In this document: in pieces, positions 24,901 through 36,000 of the stretch
Numbering within the stretch: position 1 is the first letter of the stretch
How the letters are laid out: every line of letters begins with the position of its first letter
Assembly: GCF_022045235.1 (NCBI RefSeq)
Contig: NW_027266286.1
Location: forward strand, 65,596,001 to 65,660,000
Direction of reading: 5' to 3'
Origin: Haliotis cracherodii
Taxonomy: Eukaryota
Length of the DNA stretch: 64,000 bases
The notes under the pieces: generated by a model
What the model saw: the letters and a program-made list of their open reading frames with translations, nothing else
Told to the model about the DNA's origin: nothing
Database searches by the model: none
Position numbers and translations under genes: made by a program

Positions 24901-27900
24901 TGCTGGGGCTGTTCTTCAAGGTAAGCAATGTCCCTCCGAAGCAAATTGGTTGATAGGGTGTCATTACACCCCAGCTGCATTGATTGTTGCTCACAATATC
25001 AATCATTGGATTGTCAAGACCAGTCTGCTGTCTTATAACTGGATTATTGCTGAGCGTGTGCCGCAAAAAAAATAAAAAATTGATACAACTGAAACTATGT
25101 TTTACTTACTTACTCATGCCATTACACACTCAAGACTTGGGAACACTTGTTGCCCAGTGGTCTAAGCCAGCACAATTTGCTGTGCGGAGTTGCATCCCCT
25201 TTGTGTGCCAGGCTCCAGTGATCATTGGTTCCTATCCCTGATTTTGGCCCTCAGTTTGTTCACATCTAATATCTGCATTGCTATTTTGCTTCCACATTTG
25301 GCTGACTCTTTGTTTCTTGTGTTAATTTTTTCTCCTTTTAAGAAACTTGACCCTTTTCTTGTTTATATTTCAGATCTACGACAAGGTTCGGCACAATTCT
25401 GAAATGGCCCATCATGCCTCCCAGTGCCTCAGTCAGCTGGCATCGCTCAATGGCCAAATCTTCAGCGATGAAAAGGCCAAGATCCAGTACCTCACCAGCT
25501 ATATCGATGGCTTCCTACAGCTTCTCACAGGGTAGGGAAAAACTAGATGCACCGGGATCACCAAGTTGACAGATAGTGAAATCATTGTTAACAGTCGGAC
25601 CACCTGTAGCCTGGAGAAATAGATTGACTTCTCTGGCTCGACCTTATTACTGCCTGACCTCATACGACTCCAACTCGACCTTATTACCTTCTGACCTCAC
25701 CATGGCAACAGAAAGCAAAGATACCGCATCATGCATGCTATGTAAATAATGTGTATGATAAGAAGTATAAACAGAAGCATTTGTCACGTGACCGCTAAGC
25801 GACGGCAGTAGCTTTCATGGTGTTAAGATATTGCAGTGATAATGGCGTCTCTAGTTATTTGTCACACAGTTTCAGTCCAGGATTGAGTAAAGTTCTGATC
25901 AGTCACATTTGGCTTTTTGTACAGATTTAGATTACTCAGGCAGCTTCGTACAGATTGCACTGTACATCAATACGTGCTGCCCAGATATAGATATTGGTGA
26001 TAGTTCCAACATAGTAGGATGTTAATTCTATCGTTTATGGATTGTGTGTGCAGACTGGGTCTTCAAGATTTCGAGCACCTTGGTATTTCCAACTGCTTCA
26101 AGAACCTGGCTATGATGTTCCCGCTGGCATGCTTCATGGAACTGCCGATGCTGCACTTCCGGGCCTTCGTCGATCACATGACCAGACTGACATGCTCAAT
26201 GGGGAAGGAGGCAGCCAAGGAAGAGGCGGTATGTCATGTCAAGTTTGTCTTTGATTCTTTAATTCTTTGAGTGGCATTTAGAAGTTGGAATGGTAACTAA
26301 GACAAAATTGTTATGGATGAGCAACTTCTTTATTACAATTGGGCGACGTTTCGGTGTAGATTCTAACACTGTTATCAAGCCAATGAACATTTGCTTGATG
26401 ATGGTGTTAGAATCTACACCGAAACGTCGCCCAATTGTAATAAACAAGTTGCTCATCCATAACAATTTTGTCTAAGTTGTCTTTGATTGTTTAGATTTAA
26501 GTTGCCATTTGTTGGAACTAATGTTTAATATTCTGTGTTTTGTTTTGAAGTCTGGTTAAGAAAAAGTCCCCATGAATTTCATTTCCTCATGCTTGAGCCG
26601 ATATATGTGCATCTCACCCTTCACCTTCTTGTTGCACTGGCTGTTCTAGATGGATCGGGATGACACAATCCACATGGAGGCATACGAGAAGATGCTGGAC
26701 ACCTGGATGCAATTTGCCACCAATGTCAAGTCCTTCCCCGAAGGTGCACTCAAGCCACACGCCACGGAAATCTTCAACTCCTACGTCCAGTGTCACATCA
26801 GTTCCCCCGAGGGGATCCGCTCACAGCTGATGGTTAGTAATACACATGGGTGGTCAGTCCGACTACATTATGTTTGTGGGGTATAACGTTACACTGTACT
26901 TTGAAACTGTATCGTTAACAGTGTTCAAAATAACCGCATGCCTATAGACCTATGGCAGGTAGATCTTGTGTTGGGCCCATAGTTTCAAATTTGTATGGGT
27001 CCTTATGGGCTGGGCCGGTGAACATCCGGGGTAGAATAGGTCTTCAGCAACCCATGCTTGCCGTAAAAGGCGACTATGCTTGTCATAAAAGGCGACTAAC
27101 AGGATCGGGTGGTCAGGCTAGGTGACTTGGTTGATGCATGTCATCGGTCCCAATTGCGTGGATTGATGCTCATGTTGTCAATCACTGGATTGTCTGGTCC
27201 AGACTCGATTATTTACAGACCACCGTCATATAGTTGGAATATTGCTGAGTGCGGCATTAAACAACAAACCAAACCAAACCAAAACCTTATGGGCTGCATT
27301 GAATTTATGAATCGATTTATTTATCACTGTAAGCTTCATTTTTTTGTTATATGATGGCCGGAAGTGTTTAATATAGGCCTGCAGGTTTTAAAGCCTCTGG
27401 GTATTGATGGCAGTTTGGTAATTTATTTTATTTCAAACACTGCTCGTTACAACATTTCAGAATGGAAGTGCTTCAGCTCATGATGAGGAGATTGATGAGA
27501 CAGAGGAAGATGACCGGGACAAGTTTTCAGACCAACTCTGTTGTATCGGTGCCCTTGCCCGGATTGTACCTGAACACACCATCCCCCTCCTTGCAAAGTG
27601 AGTGTCATAACCATGAGCAGGAATTACCATTGTCAACATCCCAGCATACTTAGCGTAGTGTGTGACCTTTATTTCACTACCGGGGGCACGGGTGGCCCAG
27701 TCGTCTAAGGGGCCACAATTCACTTTGCAGAGTTGCGCCCCTTGGGCACGCCAGAAACCTATGATTGTGGGTTTGAATCCGGTTTGCTCTGATTATGTTT
27801 CTAGGTTTGTCAGCACGATACCCATGCTTTTGGGTTTCACCGAAGTGGTAAACGGCTGAGACCTGCATCACTTCGGGCTTTCCTCCCACAGCTGACACGC

Positions 27901-30056
27901 CGCGATATAACTTGAATACTGTTAAAAGGGGCGTTGATCCCAACTCACTCACACTATTTTCACTACCAAGTCGTTTGGTTGCCCTGTGAAATTGAATTTC
28001 TTCCCAATAGCGTAAGATTTGTTGTAAGATTAACTAAACCAAAAATGTTTTGAGAGATATTTTTAGGAAATTGTGTGCTCACAACAAAAAAATGTTCCCC
28101 AAAATATTCATGATCTTTAACTATATTTTTTGCAGTATATATGATTTGATTATTTTTATGATTAAACCCAAAAAAAATCAGTGAATTTAGTAAGTTATTG
28201 CTATGTTACAGAGTTTTGGAGGACCGAATTGGTAGGTTACATGGCCAGTTACAGCGGTTACAGCAACAGAGGCTGAACTCTGGCAACCACAACGCATCCC
28301 TTGACATGTCTGTACTCAACTGTCTGCATGAAGATATTCATTGGCTCATCCTCATATCAGGTACTGCTCTATCCGAGTCTGGGTCAGACAAACAGGTGAC
28401 TGAAAGCATGAGCATCATACGATGACAGACATCAGACAAGTAGCAGAGTCTGACTATCAATCCCGGGATCAGTCTGCTGTATTGATATGCCTGTGATGCT
28501 ATGAAATCTGCACAGGGTTCTCATGTTAACAAAAGGGATGGCAATGTGGTTAAAGCTGTGTCTAAAGAAGGGGAGATTAACTACTATTAAGTATTAATAA
28601 AGCAAAAAAGCACACAGGGATTTATGATGGGGCAGACAAAATGAGAGGGTGGTCTAATTGTGATATTGTTCAAATTTTTATCTTTTTTAATATTACATTT
28701 GTAAATTCTGAGGAGTCCGGAAATATAAAATTCAAATTGAGAATGTTCACTGTCATTTGCTGCTGTCTCTGGGCCAAATATCAGCCTCTGAGCAGGTCTA
28801 GATAAACCCCCATGTAGAGGATTGCTGGAGGAAAGCGTTTTATTACAGGGTAGTGGGTCGTGTGTCAAAAAGAATTAACAGTAAGATTAGGAGCTGTTTT
28901 TTCTACAGTCATTCCTGTCATATACAAGTTTATTGGAAACTTTTGACGTGACGGTGCTCTCCCACTTCAGCACATGTCCTAACTGAAGAGTCTGAAGGTG
29001 AGACCCCCATGATTCCGTCCGATGTCATGAACTACTCCATCAGCCAGTCACAGAACGTCAACGTCCAGACCACATTGCAGGTCCTGGCATCACCGGGGGA
29101 GACCCTCAACAGCATCCCAGGAAGTGACCAGAGCACAGACTGGGTGGTCAGGTAACCAAAGCTGCCTCATCCTGAGTAATCCTCATCCTACATTTGAAGT
29201 TCTAATGTTATTAAAAAATAATTAGGCATTCAACAACAGCCACTAGCCAATCCATGTTCATATATGCATAGCCTGGCCTTAAAGCTGCAATAAAATCGCC
29301 AGATCTGTATAGCTGAGCCAGCTCCAGTTCCGAGAACAGGAAGTGAAACACCAACCACAGTTCAGCAGCAAATGTCACTAATTTGAAAATATGTTTGGAC
29401 ACATTCAGCTTTAAAAACAACAACCTAGGATTAGAAATTGAAAAATAAGGACATGTTAATTATTGGATGGATGTATATTTAAAAAACATATAAATCTTGC
29501 TCAATATCATCTGAAAACAGATGCCAAGTTTCTCTCTGCACACTCTATCATTTGTCGGAACAACTGATTCTGATGTGGTGGAGTGGAACCTTTAGGGGCC
29601 ACACTGCCAACAAGTAGATTCTTTGTGAAGTAGGTTTTGAAAGATCATCATTAGCATGGGTGTAAGGAAATGAAGAGCTTCACTTAAACAACAATGAAGG
29701 AAGACATCTGAATGGGTAGGGTTTGTGGTATGTGGTATGTTGCTTCAGAAATTATGTCCCTTGATCTTAGTGACCCCGGTCAATATTCTACTCAAAGGAA
29801 GTTAAAGAACAACCGATTTTTTCATATTACTATAGTTGATCAGTCAGTATAGTGATCCCTCGCTACAACACTATCTATGGGGTAAAACAGATTGATGAAC
29901 GTTATAGACGATCAGCCCGGGTAGAAGACCAACGCAACAGTACATGCTGAGTCTATCTAACGTGATCTACATCGCTATAGCCTCGCGCGTTGCATATCAG
30001 AATTTGATAAAAACATTAGAATGTAGTTGTTGTTTATGATTCATAGTGTAAAAAAA

Positions 30057-30092
<36 letters not shown>

Positions 30093-33000
30093 AACCTGTC
30101 TCTTGGATTCAGTGTGTATTTCTGTGATCATGAAATCGCTTCTGTACCCTTACAAATAGTCACATTGTATTAAAACAAGTATCTATGACTTCAATACTCT
30201 AAATCTTGAAATTAATGCGTTTCCAAATTAATATGATTGCCGACCCCTAGCCCAAAATGCGACTCAATATTAATGTGAATCCCCCCCCCAGTGGAATGAT
30301 CCAATATCCTTACCTTAATCCAACGTTACCTTAATTCAATCAAACAGCAGATAGCGCCGCTTACTAGTGATGAGTAGAGCACTTCTGTAAAAACAATAAA
30401 CTGTGATGTGGAATATATAGTTGTTTGTGTTTATATTCAAGTTGGTATTTCCGCTATCCAAAGTGTGCAGTGATTCCGTCTTATTGTTGATAGTCAATTT
30501 GGAGACATAAATGCATAGTTTAGTTAATGTCAGCAAGGACAACTTGCATTTTTTCACTTTATTCACGCTTGCTTTAATTTCAAGATATACGTTATTTCTA
30601 TTATGTGGTCAGGCTGATTGCTGGGATGTTTCGACTGTGTGAGGTGGAAACTCGAGCGACGGATGTCAAGTTGGGTGACTGCCTAAGTCCGGAGGTTGGT
30701 CGTTCGACCATGTGGTTCCTGCGGCGGTGGATCCACTCCTACCTCCTCCCCGACGAGAACTACTACTCCCAGGTGAGTCACGCACTCAACCCTCACTGTT
30801 CACACGGGTAGGAACATCTAGACATTCTAAAACCTGACAATTAGTAGTCTGATGCCTTGATATGAAAATGTTCATCTGCCATGCTTCCACTTTCTGCGAT
30901 CTTTAATCTGATTGGTCCTGCTGTTGCAGGTGTCCTCCCCTCAGTCCCCACCCCCCTCTCGCCCCGCCTGTGTGAGTACACCACACTGTTCTATTGTTGT
31001 ACTAACCTTCAGATTACAACTTGGGTTCTCAGGCAGCCATTAGGAAGATTTAGTGTTGGCAAGGGGTGGTCCGTGTTTCATGGGGCACGCCACAGAGGGT
31101 ATGAACCGAATGCCTGGGAACCAAGGCTGTTTATTTTGCTATTGTTGTTTTTGTATTGAAGGTGCAAGATCTAATCTGTAATTTTCACTCACACCTTTTT
31201 ACTGTTATGGCAAATTAAAAGTAAACAGGTCTGGTATTGGAGTCCAGATAAACAATGAACAATTTTTTTATTACCAGATATTATAATAATAGGATTAAAT
31301 TGCATACTTCAGTTTGGATTTATTGACTCGTATTTCCGGTGTTACGTGATCGTGGTGATCAGCTGATAATGTTTTCTGAGATGGGGGAAAACATTGTCTC
31401 ATTGGAAAACTTGAGTTTATTGAAATATTAGTAAATTTTGGGAGCCATGCTTTACCCCGCGCTATAACCGAGTTAGCGCTATATTGAATCGTGCAATAAC
31501 GAGGGAACACTGAACGCAACAACTTGTAATGTTTGGGAAAAGTCGTACTAAAATACGCTATTTGAAGGGGGCGTGGCCTAAATGCAAATGTCCGATGGGG
31601 ATTTTAAATTTTCCGGATCCCTGTCTTGGACATTTACTTTTAATCGTGCTAATGGTGAAAAGGTATCGCATTTTTACAATGGGTGCTGTGTTATAACGGA
31701 TCTGTTGTTTCTGTTCTTACTGGGTAATATTATCAATATTTGGTCTTTTTTCCCCAATATATTATAAAAAAAGTATCACTTAGAAGTTGGATCTTGCACC
31801 TTTAAGGCAGTTTTCATTATATTTGTTATTGTCAAACATAACTGAAAAAAGCATTTTTGTTACCATGGTTACCTGTTGAAATGTTGCAGATAAGGCAGCC
31901 AAAAAAAAGTTTTGCTATACCTTACCTCAACCGATACTGTTACTATGAAAGAACTACCAAAGTTTTTTGGACTTAAACGTTTATGTTTTAAAAAGATTTA
32001 GCTTCAGTGTGTCTTGTGATACTAGTATGTGTAACGAATGAGTAAATTACAGCTGTATGACCAGAAACTGAACAAAGGTCAACTCTTGAACCACGTTCCA
32101 CAAATCGGTCGTGGTGCTAAGGCGATCTTAACGCCCAATAATTGGCTTATGACAGTTGTAGCATGAAGATCACTGTGTGGAGGGAGGCCCTGCTGTTACT
32201 AGTGTTAGTCCTTCATGCATGCATGTTTGTCCGTTTCTGTGACATATGTTTAACATTGGCAGGTAACGAGGGAACACTGTTTGTCAGACAACTAATTGTC
32301 AGTTGCACAATGGACGAGGCACTAATTTTAGGCTGTGTATATTGTTAGCAGTTCAGTGATCACATTTTACACAAGTTTAAAAGTTATTTGTTAGTCACCA
32401 TTTATTCCCACAGTTTACTAACAATTTAAAAATCTCAGAATACAAAAACTAGCCGTAATTACCATATTAAAGTTCAGTGCATCTTGCATACAGTTGCTTG
32501 TTAGACATTCTCAGAGTAGCATTTTGAATCAGCGTCAATGACAAGAAAGGCACCATTCAAGTTTTGTTATGGTTGATTAAAACATAGGGTACATAAAGGG
32601 GAAACCTGTGGTAAAATAGACAAGGGGTAGAATAGGTCTTCAGCAACCCATGCTTGCTTTAAGAGGCAACTATGCTTGTTGTAAGAGGCGACTATGCTTG
32701 TTGTAAGAGGCGACTATGCTTGTTGTAAGAGGTGACTATGCTTGTTGTAAGAGGCGACTATGCTTGTTGTAAGAGGCGACTATGCTTGTTGTAAGAGGTG
32801 ACTATGCTTGTTGTAAGAGGCAACTATGCTTGTTGTAAGAGGCGACTATGCTTGTTGTAAGAGGTGACTATGCTTGTTGTAAGAGGTGACTATGCTTGTT
32901 GTAAGAGGCGACTATGCTTGTTGTAAGAGGCGACTATGCTTGTTGTAAGAGGCGACTATGCTTGTTGTAAGAGGCGACTATGCTTGTTGTAAGAGGCGAC

Positions 33001-36000
33001 TATGCTTGTTGTAAGAGGCGACTATGCTTGTTGTAAGAGGAGACTATGCTTGTTTGTAAGAGGCGACTATGCTTGTTGTAAGAGGCGACTAACAGGATCT
33101 GGCTGACTTGGTTGATGAATGTCATCGTATCCCAATTGCGTAGATCTATGCTCATGATGTCAATCACTAATTTTCTGGTCCAGACTTGATTATGTACAGT
33201 AAAGGCCACCTTCATCGCTGGAATATTGCCATGATTGCTGTGTGTGGTGTTAAACAACATACAAACAAAACAAGTCACATTATCTGACCTTCTCAGTTTT
33301 GATAAGTGTGAATGTGAAAATGGGTAATTACTAGGGCTGTTACGATTCACTCGTGTATTCGGTGAATCAAACTGATCCATTCATGAATTGAATTCGTTAT
33401 TCGTGGTCACTAGAATCGAATATTAATGAACTCTTTTATATTTAATTTGACATTAATGTGGTCACTGGTCATTGTTGCATTTTAGCAGATACTAGTACCT
33501 AGATAAGTGCAGTATATAAATGTATTATATGTTAATAATTAACAAACTATGTAATATTTATTTATTTTGTTATTGTTTCAATAACTATAAAAAAAAATAC
33601 ATCAATTGCTGACCTGCTATTGTATTCATGAATAAATATTTGTATTCGTTACCCTATATTCATGATACAAATCGTATTCGCCTCACAGTGTATTCATTGC
33701 AGCTCTAGTAATTACCCCTCACCAATATCTTTATGAAGGCCTGTGATTCTGGTCACCTAAGGCACTGTAAGCCTGGTGTCAGATTCCACCTGCCTGTAGC
33801 ATCAAGTGCTGTGTGTGTTGTAGATGAGCATGGCGCTGTCAGCAGCGTTTGGCCGTGACACTGACGGAGCACAGTGGACTATTTCCTTCCTGCTGCAGAA
33901 GACCATCAACAACCTCAACATCTGGAGCAGTGAAGAGTCCCTGCTCAAGGATACGATGGAGATGTTCTCAGCGCTGGTGGAGACAAAGGCCAGGTACACT
34001 GATCATTATCGGCTGCTGCTAATGCCTTTAACATTTTTATATCTTTTGATGATTTTCTACTTATGAGCCTTCAGACTTGCCGCCCACATCAAGCTGACAT
34101 GCTGTGATATACTAGCAATTGAAACTGTTCACTCACTCACTCACACACTCACTCACTCACTCACGCACCCACGCACCCACGCATGCACTCATTCACTCTA
34201 CATATGATGTATTTAATCAATCATTACAAATCCTTACTGTATTTCTGCAGGGGGCACGGGTGGCCCAGTCGTCTAAGGCGCCATGATTCGCTGTGCTGAG
34301 TTGCGGCCCTTGGGCATGCCAGAAACCTATGATTGTGGGTTCGAATCCCGGTTCGCCCCGATTATGTTTCTAGGTTTGTCAGCACCATACCCGTGCTCAT
34401 GGGTTTCACTGAAGTGGTAAATGTCTGAGACCTACATCACTTCGGGCTTTCCTCCAACATTCAGCTGACGCGCCTCGATATAACTGGAATACTGTTAAAA
34501 GCAGCGTTAAACCCAACTCACTCACTGTAATTCTGCACGGTCATGATGATGTTTATAATTCTTTTTTATATAGTTGGGCAAATAAAAATAAATTAAACTC
34601 CTTTTCTTTTCAATTTTCTTCAAAATATAATGTGTCCTCTACATAATAATAATTGATGAAAACTATTCTAAGTAGGTAGGACCAGCAGTTGGTTTTGAAT
34701 CGTCACGGACATGTCCAAATTGTATCAGCAAATACCGAAGTCTGTGTTTTCAGGGCGTCATACGTGATCAAGGTGGAGAACCTGTGGCATCTGGCGCGGA
34801 TGGAGGCCAACAATGATGCTGTTATCGAGGGCCTGCCATCTGCTGTCCGCCGCCTCATGATGAAGGCTCTCGTACTGGCGGGAGTTGGATTCAGGGAGGA
34901 CTCCAACAAGGAGGAGTATTGGAAACTGGTAGGGGGTGCACAAACCACCTCTCTGAGTTGGAAATTAATAATTGCCAGAATCGTACAATGGACTTAGCTT
35001 TTAGTAGAGATTTTATGATTATGGAATTGTTTTTGTTGCCTTTATTTACAACAGCTATATGCCTTCAAGGAAACTCCCACTGTGTAAGACTGCCTTCATG
35101 GACTAGTGGTAGAGCGTCTGCCCAGACTGATGAAGGTCCGGGGTTCGATCCCCGGCTGTGTCATAACAAAAGAGTTGGCGGTCGGGTAGCCTAGTGGTTA
35201 AAGTGTTCGCTTGTCACGCCGAAGACCTGGGTTCAATTCCCGACATGGGTACAATGTGTGAAGCCCATTTCTGGTGTCCCCCGCCGTGATATTGCTGGAA
35301 TATTGCTAAAAGCGGCGTAAAACCAAACTCACTCACTCACTCATACCAAAAGATGGTACTTGTTGTTACCCTGCCTGGCGCTCGGCAGTTAGGGGCTAAA
35401 ACAAGGACTGGTTGGCTCGTAGTCAGGATACTGTGTCTGAAAGGGGTATTCATGTTAAACTGTGGCATGGTATCTCAGTGGGCTAGCACTATAAATCTGC
35501 TATCAATCCCGACTAGTACACATACATGAATGCATACATGCTATATAAGTGCAATAATCTTGGAAGCGAGGTTAAACCCCATGTCACTTTACCTCACCCA
35601 CTGCTACACAGTTGAAGCTTGGTTTTATGACATATTCATAGGCACATGCTTGTGAATTTAGTCAGAATCGACTCTAGTTTTAGTAGAGAATATGTTATAA
35701 ATTATGGAAGTGTCTTTAGTTGCTTTCATTTGAAACAGATTTATTCTTTCAAAGACAACCACACTGTCTAACCAGGTGAGCTTCAGTACTGGTGATCCAG
35801 TTGGTATGAAGATAACAGATAATGATAAAACATTGACTGTCCCAGGTGCTGCAGTCTGTCCACGACCGCTTCTATGCCCTGGTGTGTCAGGAGCACTTTG
35901 CAGACAAGAAGGTTACGTGTAAGAATGCTGTGATGGGCATCCTCGACGTGCTGCTGGGGATAGCCCAGGGTTCCAGACTCATCAACCTGGACCGCATCTT

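Noticed and set aside
22226-25075. 949-aa (+) and 876-aa (-) ORFs
   Set aside because: They are stop-free frames of a 72-bp tandem repeat (a multiple of 3) in XPO4 intron 7. The real exon 7 uses a different frame.
26259-26475. Mirror-image ORFs on both strands
   Set aside because: A by-product of the DNA palindrome.
27109-27354. Recurrent small ORF (...SITGLSGPDSIIYRPPSYSWNIAECG...) at several loci
   Set aside because: A chance reading frame of the family A SINE body with inconsistent starts and indels between copies.
32650-33090. CRISPR-like appearance of this and other short-period arrays
   Set aside because: Units are head-to-tail with no unique spacers, there are no cas genes, and the context is eukaryotic introns.
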